From contig OZ244584.1 of assembly GCA_965218115.1 (NCBI GenBank), positions 867,835-931,834 on the forward strand: 64,000 nucleotides of DNA, in the 5' to 3' direction. The position numbers and the translations under genes were made by a program. Below are positions 1 through 10,138 of this stretch, piece after piece. The notes under the pieces were generated by a model. The model worked only from the letters and a program-made list of their open reading frames with translations. It was not told the DNA's origin and ran no database searches. Position 1 is the stretch's first letter, and each line of letters starts with the position of its first letter. This DNA comes from Dehalococcoidia bacterium (GTDB lineage Bacteria > Chloroflexota > Dehalococcoidia > Bin125).

Positions 1-927
1 AGCCTGGAGTTTGCGCACAAGAAGCGGAAGACCCGGCGGGAACGGTTCCTGGAGCGGCTCGAGTCGCTGGTGCCCTGGGCCGCGCTGGAGGCCCGCGTCG
101 AACCGGTCTATCCCAAGCCGGGGCGCGGACGGCGGCCCTACCGCCTGGCCGTGATGCTGCGCGTTCACTGCGTGCAGCTCTGCTACAACCTCAGCGACCC
201 AGCGATCGAGGACTTGCTCTACGAGGCCGAGTCGGTCCGCCGCTTCTGCGGACTCAACCTCAGTGGGCCGCTCCCCGACGAGTCGACGATCCTGCACTTC
301 CGCCACCTCTTGGAGCGGCATCAGCTGGGCGAGGCGCTGCTGGCGACGATCAACGCGCAGCTGGCAGGCCGGGGCCTGCGGCTGCAGGCCGGCACGATCG
401 TGGACGCCAGCATCATCGCCGCGCCGTCCTCGACCAAGAACCAGCGTCGCCAGCGCGACCCGGAGATGCATCAGACCAAGAAGGGCAACGAGTGGCACTT
501 CGGGATGAAGCTGCATATCGGGGTGGACGCCGCCACGGGAGTGACACACAGCCTGAGCACGACGGCGGCCAACCGCGCCGACGTGACCGAGGCGCATCGG
601 CTGCTGCGCGGCGGCGAACGCGAGGCCTGGGGCGACGCCGGCTACCAGGGCGCGGAGCGGCGTCCCGAACTGGCGGACTCGGAGGTCGAGTGGCGGGTCG
701 CGATGCGTCCCGGACGCCGCCGGCAACTGGCGCCGCACAGCCCACTCGCCCAGCGCGAGCGTGAGCGGGCTTCGCTGCGGGCCAAGGTCGAGCATCCCTT
801 CCTCTACATCAAACGGCGCTTCGGCTACGACAAAGTGCGCTACCGCGGTCTGGCCAAGAATCACCAGCGGCTGGCCCTGTTGCTCGGCTTCGCCAATCTG
901 TTGATCGCCGAGTCGCAACTGGCCTGA
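1..927 (+). mobile_element. IS5-family DDE transposase, 5'-truncated by window edge; reading frame is open back to position 1
   Basis: Translation from the window start (SLEFAHKKRKTRRERFLERL...) plus the IVDASIIAAPSSTKNQ ... QTKKGNEWHFGMKLHIGVD ... TAANRADV ... AGYQGAE blocks is typical of IS5-family transposases. The possible right terminus tgttcagagcgttcctagg lies at ~1082-1100. Confidence 0.85.
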
Positions 928-1137
928 ACCGGGGCGGACTGCGCCCTTCGCCCGGCTCGGCCCCACACAGGCGGCCCACCGGACCCTCAGCACCGCCCCA
1001 ACCCATCGCCCCGGTCGCCAACTCACCGCATCGACGCAACCGCCCGCGGCCAGGCAGCACGAAGTCCGACCAATAGCCTCTTGTTCAGAGCGTTCCTAGG
1101 CTAACCCCATCGAACGGCTCGAGGAGAGGAAGCGCCG

Positions 1138-2340
1138 ATGCCCGCATTGGATGGAATGCGAATCCTGGACATGACTCAACGCGAAGCGGGGACATCCTGC
1201 ACGCAGGCGCTGGCCTGGCTCGGCGCCGACGTCGTGAAGGTCGAGCCCCCGCTCCTTGGAGATCCCGGACGCCACGTGCAGCCGGGCGACGGCGACTCGC
1301 CGTACTTTCTCAACTTCAACAGCAACAAGCGCAGCATCGTCCTCGACCTGCAAGACCCGCGGGGGCGGGACATACTCCTGCGTCTCGCGCCCAACTACGA
1401 CGTGTTCGTGGAGAACTACGCGTCTGGCGTCGTTGAGAAGCTCGACATCGGGCCCGACGTCGTGCGGCGCGCCAACCCGCGCATCATCTATGGGCGGCTC
1501 AAGGGTTTTGGACTGAGTGGGCCGTACGCGCAGTTCAAGGCTTTTGACCCCATCGCGCAGGCGGCCGCCGGCGCGATCGCTCTCACAGGACCCGATGACG
1601 GGCCCCCGGTGTACCCCGCATCGATGACCGGTGATTCGGGCACCGGCCTGCAGCTCGCGCTAGCGATTACGGCGGCCTACGTTGAGTGCCAGCGGACCGG
1701 CGCGGGCCAGGTGATCGAGATCTCGATGCAGGAGGCGATGACCTTCTTCATGCGCACGCGGGTCTCGAGCACGATCTGGAACACCCGCCCAGCCCTCGGC
1801 AGAGGACACCCCAATCGCTCCGGCGCTGGCCCGGCCACGGTGCGCTTGTACCCCTGCCAGCCACAGGGCCTCAACGACTATGTCTTCATCATGTGCACCA
1901 CCCAGCGGATGTGGGACTCGCTCTGCATCGCGATCGAGCGGCCCGAGCTGGCGCTCGATCCGCGCTTCGCGACGGACACCGCGCGACGCGAGCACAGCGA
2001 GGCGCTGGCCGAGGAGATCGGCGCCTGGATGCTGCAGCGGACGAAAGCGGAGGCGATGCAGACCCTGGGCGAGGCCGGTGTCCCCTGTAGCGCGACGATG
2101 ACCACGGAGGACCTGTTTAGCGACCCGCACCTGCGCGCGCGCGGCTTCATTCAGCAGCTCGACCATCCCGAGCACGGCGCGATCGAGCTGTTGGGCTTCG
2201 CCCCGCGGCTCTCGAACGGCAACGTGCCCTTCGTCCGCGCCCCGCTGATGGGGGAGCACACGGCCGACGTGCTGCGGGCCGACCTGGCCTTGCAGCCGGC
2301 AGAGATCACCGATCTCCGCGACGCAGGCGTCGTGGCGTAG
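1138..2340 (+). CDS. CoA-transferase family III (CaiB/BaiF-like)
   Basis: N-terminal GMRILDMTQ...GADVVKVEPP signature and overall length fit family III CoA-transferases. An RBS-like gaggagagg lies upstream of the ATG. Confidence 0.8.
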   Translation: MPALDGMRILDMTQREAGTSCTQALAWLGADVVKVEPPLLGDPGRHVQPGDGDSPYFLNFNSNKRSIVLDLQDPRGRDILLRLAPNYDVFVENYASGVVEKLDIGPDVVRRANPRIIYGRLKGFGLSGPYAQFKAFDPIAQAAAGAIALTGPDDGPPVYPASMTGDSGTGLQLALAITAAYVECQRTGAGQVIEISMQEAMTFFMRTRVSSTIWNTRPALGRGHPNRSGAGPATVRLYPCQPQGLNDYVFIMCTTQRMWDSLCIAIERPELALDPRFATDTARREHSEALAEEIGAWMLQRTKAEAMQTLGEAGVPCSATMTTEDLFSDPHLRARGFIQQLDHPEHGAIELLGFAPRLSNGNVPFVRAPLMGEHTADVLRADLALQPAEITDLRDAGVVA

Positions 2341-2461
2341 TGCCGCTGCAGGGCCCGCCGCGATGACAACATCGTGCCCGTCGTGACCGCGTCGCTCCGG
2401 CCCTTCGACCCGTGCCGCAGCAGTCGTATCCCGATGCTTCCTCTCGGCCGCGTGCCTGTGT

Positions 2462-3289
2462 CTATCCCTCGACCCCGGTGCCCCAGGCAATCGCGTTCTT
2501 AATCAACTGCTCGTAGGGCTCGGTCTCCCAGGGACCGCGGAAGAGCTGTGGCATAACACCGTCGGGGGAGATCGACTCGTGGGCCGGGGGCTGGCGGGCC
2601 CCCAGCGTCAGCGGAGTGTGGCAATGGCCGGGCGCGATGTAGGCGATGGAGCCCTCGCCAACGGTGCGCGCGTAACCGAGCGCGTGCGACTTGCCGTCGG
2701 GCAAGAGTGACAGGTCGCGGCCGTAGAGCTCGTCGACAATCGCCGGGACTTCAACGTCGGTTGTGGTGAGCAGGATCTGAGTGTCGGGGTGGATCACTTC
2801 GATCATGTAGGGCTCGTCCTTGACGAAGAACGAGTCGGGCAGGTTGTACGTCAGCGGATGGTTGTGATCGGCCACGGTGACGTTCATCTCGCGGATCGGC
2901 GGATGGGTCATGAAGTAGCCGCCCAGCGTCTCGTGGTACGGCAGCTTGAGCATGCGGCGGCGGCCGTCTGCGCGATCGCTGGTCCGCTCTGGCATGCCGC
3001 CGGTACTACCGTGCAAGGCGAGCCAGCGGCCTCCGTCGTCGAGCCAGTCCATGATCACGCCGCACTGGTGCTCGTCGGCGAACGGGCCCGCGACGTAGCA
3101 GACCAGCAGCTGACAGTCGGCGATCCACTTGTGGCAGTCGGTGAAATCGCCGCTTACGGTGGCGTGCACGTTCGCGTTGGACTGCAACGCCTGGAGGATG
3201 CGCAGGCGCGCATAGTCCATGTCGTGTCCGGCGTGCTTGCCCGGCGGGAACCCTCCGGCGACGACGTGCACCCGAATTGGCTGGGACAT
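2462..3289 (-). CDS. ThuA-like / class-I glutamine amidotransferase-like domain protein
   Basis: 275-aa ORF with good codon usage. Weak recalled similarity to ThuA (trehalose utilisation) family; function uncertain. Confidence 0.45.
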   Translation of the reverse strand: MSQPIRVHVVAGGFPPGKHAGHDMDYARLRILQALQSNANVHATVSGDFTDCHKWIADCQLLVCYVAGPFADEHQCGVIMDWLDDGGRWLALHGSTGGMPERTSDRADGRRRMLKLPYHETLGGYFMTHPPIREMNVTVADHNHPLTYNLPDSFFVKDEPYMIEVIHPDTQILLTTTDVEVPAIVDELYGRDLSLLPDGKSHALGYARTVGEGSIAYIAPGHCHTPLTLGARQPPAHESISPDGVMPQLFRGPWETEPYEQLIKNAIAWGTGVEG

Positions 3290-3385
3290 GTGAGGCTCCG
3301 TTCAGCGGTGATCTGCCCGTTAAAGCTACAGCCTTTGGGCCGAGCTGACCACGACCGGCTGGGCCGTCCGCGTGAAGAGGTGTGC

Positions 3386-3461
3386 TGGTGGGCCGGGCTG
3401 GATTCGAACCAGCGACCGAGCGGTTATGAGCCGCCTGCTCTGACCCCTGAGCTACCGGCCC
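3386..3461 (-). tRNA. tRNA-Met (anticodon CAT) with encoded CCA
   Basis: Reverse complement GGGCCGGTAGCTCAGGGGTCAGAGCAGGCGGCTCATAACCGCTCGGTCGCTGGTTCGAATCCAGCCCGGCCCACCA folds as a cloverleaf: 7-bp acceptor stem, GCTC/GAGC D-stem, CTCATAA anticodon loop, GCTGG-TTCGAATC-CCAGC T-arm, discriminator A, CCA. Confidence 0.9.
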
Positions 3462-3674
3462 CTGCCTGCCCGCGAGTCTAACCGCGCGGCCCCGGCGGCG
3501 TGGCCTGCCTGGCGCCGGAGCGTCCCCGCGCTTAGATGGAGGCAGACAATGAAGCTCGGCGCACCCCCCGAGTTGGCCCGGCGACCGCTGGGCCGGCGGC
3601 GAATGACTGGGGGCAAGGCCTGGTCGCACGGCCGCGGCCGGGCTGATCCGGGATACCTCGCCTAACCTCGACGC

Positions 3675-4217
3675 ATGACCACGCTTCGAGCCATCGCCCT
3701 CATCGCGATCGCCGCGTTTGCGACGCTTGCGTGCGCCCCGGCGCCCACGCCCAGACCGCAGCTGGACCCTGGCGCGCCCGACCTCTCGGCGTTCCTCGAT
3801 CTCCCCGACGAGGTGGAGGCGGTGTCGTTTGACTGGACCTCGATGACGATGGTCACCGACGAAGCGGAGCTCGAACTCGGCGTCTTCATCGCCGACACCC
3901 CCGAGCGCCGAGGTCGCGGCTTGATGTACGCCAGCGGGCTGCCCCCCGCCAACGCGATGCTCTTCGTGTTCGAGGACCCACCCGTGCACTCGGGCTTCTG
4001 GAACGACAACGTGCCGATCGACCTGCACGTCGCGTTCCTCGACGCCGAGGGACGGATCATCGAGATACTCACGCTCGAGGCCCGGTCACGGGAGATCAGG
4101 CAGCCGCAGCAGCCGTACTCCTACGCCCTCGAGGTGCCCGCCGGACGCTTCGACGCACTCGGAATTGGGCTGGGAGATCGACTGATCGTCACACTCGAAA
4201 CCACGCAACAAAACTGA
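3675..4217 (+). CDS. DUF192-family secreted lipoprotein
   Basis: Signal peptide with lipobox (ATLAC). Central region resembles the DUF192/COG1430 pattern (FIADTPERRGRGLMYASGLPPANAMLFVFEDPPVHSGFWNDNVPIDLHVAFLDAEGRI). Confidence 0.6.
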   Translation: MTTLRAIALIAIAAFATLACAPAPTPRPQLDPGAPDLSAFLDLPDEVEAVSFDWTSMTMVTDEAELELGVFIADTPERRGRGLMYASGLPPANAMLFVFEDPPVHSGFWNDNVPIDLHVAFLDAEGRIIEILTLEARSREIRQPQQPYSYALEVPAGRFDALGIGLGDRLIVTLETTQQN

Positions 4218-4305
4218 CCCACGCAGCACTTGGCCCGTGCTAACCTGCTAGCAATTCTCACGTGCGCGCCGCTCGTGGCGGCGCCGTCAAGGAATGGACA
4301 GCCAG

Positions 4306-4404
4306 ATGAAGCGTATCGTTGGCATCGGAGCAATCTTGGCTCTCCTCGCGGCCGTCGCGCGCGTCGTCATGGGGCGCCGACGCGACGCCGAAGACGAGGC
4401 CTAG
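4306..4404 (+). CDS. possible small single-TM peptide (32 aa, MKRIVGIGAILALLAAVARVVMGRRRDAEDEA)
   Basis: ATG preceded by aaggaa RBS at -10; hydrophobic core then a basic/acidic tail. Below the ORF-track length cutoff, found by reading the intergenic region. Confidence 0.3.
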   Translation: MKRIVGIGAILALLAAVARVVMGRRRDAEDEA

Positions 4405-4530
4405 CCAGCGCCGACCGGGCTCCATCCCGGTTCCGAACTCTCCCCGACGCGGTGAGCGGCTCGCCACGAGCGGGTCACGTCGGGCCGTCCGCGGCCTAAT
4501 CGTACGACCGGCCGCCCGATCAACTGCGAC

Positions 4531-6000
4531 ATGAGCCGCGATCTCTATCTGGCCCTGGACTCGGGCACATCAAGCGTCCGTGCCCTCGCCTTCGACGCTC
4601 ACGGCCGGCTGCGCGGCCTCGCACAACGTGTGCTCGAGACGCGTCATCCCGAACCCGGTTGGGCCGAGCAGGACGCTGAACAACTCTGGTCGTCGCAGCT
4701 GCTCGCGGCCCGCGAAGTGGTCGCGACGGTTGGCGGTGCGGAACGCATCCGCGCGATTGCGATCGCCAATCAGCGCGAGACAGCGGTCATCTGGAATCGG
4801 CACACCCTGACCCCGATCGCACCCGCGATCGTCTGGCACTGCCGTCGCACGGCAGCGGCCGCTGCGGCGCTCGGACGTGCGCACGGCGACGAGATCCGAC
4901 GCCGCACCGGGCTGACGCCCGACGCCTACTTCTCGGGACCGAAGCTGGCCTGGATGCTCGATCACGGGTCCGGCGCGCGCGACCTCGCGTCGCAGGGCGA
5001 CCTCCTCGCCGGGACCGTCGATTCGTGGCTGATCGCTCGGCTCACCAACGGCCTGAGCCACCTGACCGATCGCACCAACGCCTCGCGCACGCTGATCTAC
5101 AACCTGTTGACCGACGCGTGGGACGCCGATCTCGCCGCGTGGAGCCGCGCGCCCCTCGCGATGCTCCCCGAGGTTCGCCCCAGCACCGGCGAATTCGCCA
5201 CCACCGCAGCCGAGCATCTCGGCGAGCCGCTGCCGATCCTCGCGGTCGCGGGCGACCAGCAGGCCGCGCTGTTCGGCCAGCACTGTGACGCGCCGGGGCC
5301 CGCCAAAGCGACCTACGGGACGGGCGCGTTCGTGCTCACGCGGGCGAGCGCCGGGCAGACGCCGCCCGCCGGCCTGCTGCTGACGGCGGCGGCGGACTCT
5401 CCCGCGGCGCTCGCGCTCGAGGGCGGCGTCTTCACCGCCGGGGCGCTGATCGACTGGCTGGTGTCGGAGCTGGGGCTCGCCGCCGACGGCGCGGAGCTCT
5501 CACGGCTGGCGAGCTCGGCCGCCGACAGCGGCGGAGTCGCCGTGCTGCCGGCGCTGGCCGGGATCGGGGCGCCGCATTGGGATTCGCAGCCACGCGGGAT
5601 GATCGCCGGGCTCTCCACCGGAACCACGCGGGCGCAGATCGCACGCGCCGCCCTCGAAGCGATCGCCTTCCGCGTGCGCGAGATCATCGAGGCGATGCCA
5701 ACCCCGATCGACGAGCTGCGGGTCGACGGCGGCCTGGCACACAGCGGCGCGCTCTTGCAGATTCAGGCGGATGCGCTCCAGCGACCCGTGCTGCGTCCGG
5801 GCAACCTCGAAACAACCGCCCTCGGCGCCGCGCGACTGGCGATCCGTGCGGACCTCGGCGATCCGCCCACGCACGAGCCCGACTACACGCGGATCGAGCC
5901 GCGCGCCGATCTCGACGCGGCCTATGAGCGCTGGCAAACGCTGCGCGCTGCCGCAGCGCAGATCCCGACATACACTGCCTCCGAGCGAGCAGGCGCATGA
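4531..6000 (+). CDS. glpK: glycerol kinase (FGGY family)
   Basis: LDSGTSSVRALAFD, HPEPGWAEQDAEQLW and AIANQRETAVIWNR...AIVWHCRRTA motifs. 3' end overlaps the glpD start by 4 nt. Confidence 0.85.
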   Translation: MSRDLYLALDSGTSSVRALAFDAHGRLRGLAQRVLETRHPEPGWAEQDAEQLWSSQLLAAREVVATVGGAERIRAIAIANQRETAVIWNRHTLTPIAPAIVWHCRRTAAAAAALGRAHGDEIRRRTGLTPDAYFSGPKLAWMLDHGSGARDLASQGDLLAGTVDSWLIARLTNGLSHLTDRTNASRTLIYNLLTDAWDADLAAWSRAPLAMLPEVRPSTGEFATTAAEHLGEPLPILAVAGDQQAALFGQHCDAPGPAKATYGTGAFVLTRASAGQTPPAGLLLTAAADSPAALALEGGVFTAGALIDWLVSELGLAADGAELSRLASSAADSGGVAVLPALAGIGAPHWDSQPRGMIAGLSTGTTRAQIARAALEAIAFRVREIIEAMPTPIDELRVDGGLAHSGALLQIQADALQRPVLRPGNLETTALGAARLAIRADLGDPPTHEPDYTRIEPRADLDAAYERWQTLRAAAAQIPTYTASERAGA

Positions 6001-7628
6001 CCCCTCAGTACGACGTGATCATCATCGGCGGCGGGATCAACGGGGCGGCGATCGCGTCCGCCGTGGGCGCGCGCGGCTATCGCACGCTCGTCCTCGAGCA
6101 GGGCGACTTCGCCTCCGGCACCACATCCGCCTCGACCAAGCTGATTCACGGCGGACTGCGCTACCTCGAGACGGGCGACGCCGGCCTGGTCCACGAGTCG
6201 CTGCAATCGCGCGAACGACTGCTGCGCGAGCGTCCCCACCTCGTGCAGCCACTGGGCTTTCTGCTCCCGGTCTACCGCGGCGACCCACGCCCGGCAGCGG
6301 TGATTCGCTCCGGACTGCTGCTCTACGACCTGCTCTCCCCGCGCAAGGTCACGCCCTGGCACCGCTCGTTCTCGACCCGCCAGCTGCAGCGCCGCGAGCC
6401 GTCGCTCTCGACCGACGGGCTCGACGCGGCGTACCTCTTCTACGACGCCCAGGTCACGATGCCCGAGCGCCTGACCCTGGAATATCTGGCCGAGGCACGA
6501 AGCTCGGGCGCCGACCTGCGCAACTACTCGGCGGTCGACTTCATCATCGTCGACCGCGGCCGCGCGCGCGGCGTCGACTTCCACGACGTGCTGACCGGGC
6601 GACGCTCCTCGGCCGCCGCGCGGCTGGTCATCAACGCCGCCGGACCGTGGGTCGACGCGGTGCTCGAAGCGACCGGCAAGACGCTCGAGCGACGCGTCGG
6701 GGGCACGCGCGGATCACATCTGGTGCTCAACCTGGAGCGTCGCGGACCGCGCAACGCGGTGCTGCTCTCGGCTCGCTCCGATGGGCGCCCGGTCTTCGTG
6801 GTGCCCTGGCTCGAGCACCACATCATCGGCACCACCGATGTGCATGATCCCGGTGACCCGACGAACACCCGCACGCATTCCTGGGAGATCGATTACCTGA
6901 TCGCCGAGGCGTCGCGAGCGCTCCCGGGCATCGGCATCGAGCGGCGCAACGTGCTCTACGCATACTCAGGCGTTCGCCCGCTTCCACTCGTCTCGGGCCA
7001 CGCCTCGGAGGCTGCGATTACGCGTCGCTCGTTTGTGATCGATCATCAGGCCGAAGGCGTGGGACGGATGGTCTCGATCGTTGGCGGCAAGCTCACCACC
7101 GCGCGCAACCTCGCCGATCACGTCGCCCGGCACGTCGGGGCGGTGATCGGAAGGCCCCGCGCCCGCGGCATCCGGGCGTTGCCGGCTGTGCCGCAGGCAC
7201 GCACCACCTTCCTGCCCGCGCACACCCAGGAGCACCTGCGCGCAACCTACGGTCCGCGCGCGCCCGAGGTGGCGGCGTATACGGCGACGGACCCCGCGCT
7301 GGCCCAACCACTCTCGCCGCACCACACCGACATCGGCGCACAGGTCGCGTTCGCCGTCGATCGCGAAGGCGCGCGAACCGTCGCCGATGTGCTGCTGCGC
7401 CGCACGGCGGTCGGCCTGACGCGTGATCTCGGGCGCGCGGCCGCGCCGCGGACCGCACACATCATGCAACCGCGGATGGGCTGGTCGGACGATCAGACCC
7501 GCCAGGCCGGGCGCGACTATCTCGTCGAACTGCATCGGCGCTTCACCATCTTCGACCCGCAGACCGGCGCGCCCGCCCCCGAGCCGGCCGTCGCCCCGCG
7601 CGACCCAGCCCGCCGGGACGCCTTCTAG
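5997..7628 (+). CDS. glpD: FAD-dependent glycerol-3-phosphate dehydrogenase
   Basis: N-terminal YDVIIIGGGINGAAIA FAD fold; length 543 aa; operonic with glpK. Confidence 0.85.
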   Translation: MTPQYDVIIIGGGINGAAIASAVGARGYRTLVLEQGDFASGTTSASTKLIHGGLRYLETGDAGLVHESLQSRERLLRERPHLVQPLGFLLPVYRGDPRPAAVIRSGLLLYDLLSPRKVTPWHRSFSTRQLQRREPSLSTDGLDAAYLFYDAQVTMPERLTLEYLAEARSSGADLRNYSAVDFIIVDRGRARGVDFHDVLTGRRSSAAARLVINAAGPWVDAVLEATGKTLERRVGGTRGSHLVLNLERRGPRNAVLLSARSDGRPVFVVPWLEHHIIGTTDVHDPGDPTNTRTHSWEIDYLIAEASRALPGIGIERRNVLYAYSGVRPLPLVSGHASEAAITRRSFVIDHQAEGVGRMVSIVGGKLTTARNLADHVARHVGAVIGRPRARGIRALPAVPQARTTFLPAHTQEHLRATYGPRAPEVAAYTATDPALAQPLSPHHTDIGAQVAFAVDREGARTVADVLLRRTAVGLTRDLGRAAAPRTAHIMQPRMGWSDDQTRQAGRDYLVELHRRFTIFDPQTGAPAPEPAVAPRDPARRDAF

Positions 7629-7650
7629 GGAAGCTCTGAATCACTCTCGC

Positions 7651-7770
7651 CCCCGCTGACCACATTGAGTGGTCAGCGGAATCTGGATCCGGATCGGATT
7701 CCGTCGAGCACTCAATGTGCTCAACGGGGGGGAGATGTCACGGAGTGACAGAGGGGGGCTCCCCACGCCC
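7651..7770. repeat. cluster of hairpin repeat modules (two copies of module D in opposite orientation, plus module C)
   Basis: CCGCTGACCACATTGAGTGGTCAGCGG and CCGTCGAGCACTCAATGTGCTCAACGG are each perfect 11-bp-stem/5-nt-loop palindromes; GGGGGGAGATGTCACGGAGTGACAGAGGGGGGCTCC recurs elsewhere. Sits between convergent glpD and copA. Confidence 0.85.
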
Positions 7771-7791
7771 GCCCGGGCGTCCCCAGTCGGA

Positions 7792-10062
7792 TCAGGCCTG
7801 TCGCGCGTCGGGCCGCCAGCGTTGCAGCCGAAGGGCATTGGTCAGGACGCTGAGGCTGGAGAGCATCATCGCCCCCGCCGCCACGATCGGCTCGAACGTG
7901 CCTTGCTCGCCGAACACCCACTCGAGGCCGCCCGGCACTCCGCCGACGGCGCTGAAGATCGGCCAGCCGATGCCCGCCGCCAGCGGGATCAGCAGGATGT
8001 TGTAGCCGAAGGCGAAGCCAAGATTCTGGCCGATCGTCCGCCGCGTCGCGCGCGCCAGCGCGAGCGCCGCCGCCACGATCCGCGGGTCGTCGCGCATCAG
8101 CGTCGCGTCGGCCGCATCGACGGCGATGTCGGCGCCGCTGCGGAGCGCCATGCCGAGGTCGGCCTGGGCAAGCGCCGGCGCGTCGTTGACACCATCCCCC
8201 ACCATCGCCACGATCTCCCCCTGGGCCTGAAGACCGGCCACGATTCCGGCCTTCTCCTCGGGCAGCGCCTCCGAAACGATCTCGCTGACCCCGACTCGGT
8301 CACCGACCGACCACGCGACCGCGTCGGAGTCGCCCGTGACGAGCAGCACGCGTAGGCCCGCGCGACGCAGCTGCGAGACGGCTTCCGCCGCCCCCGGCTT
8401 CAGCTCATCCGCCGTCCAAATCACACCCGCCGGCGTCCCGTCGACGGCGACCAACACGCCGGTCGCCGCCTCGCCCTGACCCGTCGGCTGGTCCGCTTCG
8501 ATGCCAAGCTCGCGCATCAGGCGATGGTTGCCCACCGCGACCTCGCGCGAGCCGACGCGGCCCACTGCCCCACGGCCGGGCATCGCGCGAAACTCCTCGA
8601 TCCGCGCGATTTCTACCCCGAGTTCGCGCGCGTGATCGAGGACGGCGGCCGCCAACGGATGTTCCGAGGCCGCCTCGACCGCCGCAGCCAGCGCGAGCAG
8701 TTCGCGCTCGTTCCCGCTCTGCGCCTCAACCGAGACCACGCGGTGACGGCCCGTGGTCAGCGTCCCCGTCTTGTCGAAGACCACCACGCTGACCCGTGCG
8801 GCTCGCTCAAGCGCCTCGGCGTCGCGGAAGAGCACGCCCGTCGATGCGGCGCGCCCTGCGCCGGCGGCGATCGCCGCGGGCGTGGCGAGCCCGAGTGCGC
8901 AGGGACAGGCGACGACAAGCACCGCCACCGCTGTCAGTAATCCGAGCGTCCAGGCGGGCTCGGGGCCGAGCGCCGCCCACAGCGCGAAGGCCAGGACCGC
9001 CAACCCGATCACGGCTGGAACGAACACCGACGCGATCCGGTCCGCCAGCCGCTGGATCGGCGCCTTCGACGCCTGGGCCCGTTCAACCGCCGCCGCGACC
9101 CGCGCGAGGGCCGTGCCGGCGCCGACCTGGCGCGCCTCGTAACGCAGCAGCCCGTCGCGATTGATCGCGCCCGCGAACACCAGGTCGCCGACATCCTTTG
9201 TGACCACCGCGCTCTCCCCGGTCAGCAGCGCTTCGTCGACCGACGAGACGCCGGCGACGACCACTCCATCGACGGCGAATTGTTCGCCCGGCCGCACCAC
9301 GAGTTCGTCGCCGACGATCACGTCGTCGACATCGAGCTCCAGTTCCTCCCCGCCGCGAATGACGCGAGCTGTCGGTGGCCGCAGGCCAAGCAGGTTGGCG
9401 ACGGCGGATGCGGTGCGCCGCTTGACGCGTGTCTCCAGCCAGCGCCCCAGGGTCACGAATCCGACGATGATCAGCGCGGTATCGAAGAACACGTCGCGCG
9501 ACGCGCCGGCCGCCTCGAACGCGCCACCGGCGAACGTCGCGGCTGCGCTGTAGGCCCAGGCGGCGGTCACCCCGAGCACGATCAGGGTGTCCATGTTTGC
9601 CCCGTCGCGCAGCCGCAGGCCCTGCATCGCGATTGGCCCTGCGACCACGATCAGCGCCGGCGTGGCCACGATGAACAGCGCGATGAAGAGCACGTCGCGA
9701 TCCCAGCCCAGCTCCGCCCAGCGATTGACCTGCATCGCCACGAACATGCCCCAGCCGAGCGCCAACGCGCCGCCCGACCGCCAGGCCTGGGCGAGGTCGC
9801 CGCCCTCGGCCGCTGACCGCTCGCCGGCGCCGAGCTGGTAGCCCGCGGACTCGATCGCGGCGGCGAACTCTTCACGGTCCGGCGATTCGCCGTCGATGTC
9901 GAGGATCGCCCGGCCGGTCAGGAAGTCCGCGCTGGCCGCGCTGACGCCGTCGACGCGCACGAGCGCGCGCTCGACGCGCCGCACACAGGCGGCGCAGTGC
10001 ATCCCTTCGACGGCCAGCACCGTCTGGGCCGCGCCCTGAGTCGGTGATTTCGAGACGCTCAT
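7792..10062 (-). CDS. copA: heavy-metal (Cu+) translocating P-type ATPase
   Basis: N-terminal HMA domain GMHCAACVRRVE, CPC ion-transduction motif (VVACPCALGLATP), DKTGTLT phosphorylation site, GDGVNDAPAL hinge. Confidence 0.9.
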   Translation of the reverse strand: MSVSKSPTQGAAQTVLAVEGMHCAACVRRVERALVRVDGVSAASADFLTGRAILDIDGESPDREEFAAAIESAGYQLGAGERSAAEGGDLAQAWRSGGALALGWGMFVAMQVNRWAELGWDRDVLFIALFIVATPALIVVAGPIAMQGLRLRDGANMDTLIVLGVTAAWAYSAAATFAGGAFEAAGASRDVFFDTALIIVGFVTLGRWLETRVKRRTASAVANLLGLRPPTARVIRGGEELELDVDDVIVGDELVVRPGEQFAVDGVVVAGVSSVDEALLTGESAVVTKDVGDLVFAGAINRDGLLRYEARQVGAGTALARVAAAVERAQASKAPIQRLADRIASVFVPAVIGLAVLAFALWAALGPEPAWTLGLLTAVAVLVVACPCALGLATPAAIAAGAGRAASTGVLFRDAEALERAARVSVVVFDKTGTLTTGRHRVVSVEAQSGNERELLALAAAVEAASEHPLAAAVLDHARELGVEIARIEEFRAMPGRGAVGRVGSREVAVGNHRLMRELGIEADQPTGQGEAATGVLVAVDGTPAGVIWTADELKPGAAEAVSQLRRAGLRVLLVTGDSDAVAWSVGDRVGVSEIVSEALPEEKAGIVAGLQAQGEIVAMVGDGVNDAPALAQADLGMALRSGADIAVDAADATLMRDDPRIVAAALALARATRRTIGQNLGFAFGYNILLIPLAAGIGWPIFSAVGGVPGGLEWVFGEQGTFEPIVAAGAMMLSSLSVLTNALRLQRWRPDARQA

Positions 10063-10138
10063 CGCTGCTCAAGTGTACGGACGCCGCACACCGCTGCGGG
10101 ATAGACTCGCGGCGACGAGTGAGCGGGATGGAGCGCCT

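Noticed and set aside
3006-4028. 340-aa ORF on the minus strand spanning the tRNA and the DUF192 gene, and similar antisense ORFs (1660-2490, 4570-5283, 5771-6847, 12379-13350, 16901-17935, 19205-20191, 24723-25628, 35893-36681, 39080-40885, 42780-43931, 43808-45067, 45207-46040, 47841-48758, 48448-49332, 49408-50565, 51425-52270, 53952-54803, 57688-58503)
   Set aside because: Typical high-GC antisense or out-of-frame open frames overlapping genes with strong family signatures. Their products are Arg/Ala/Pro-rich low-complexity sequence.
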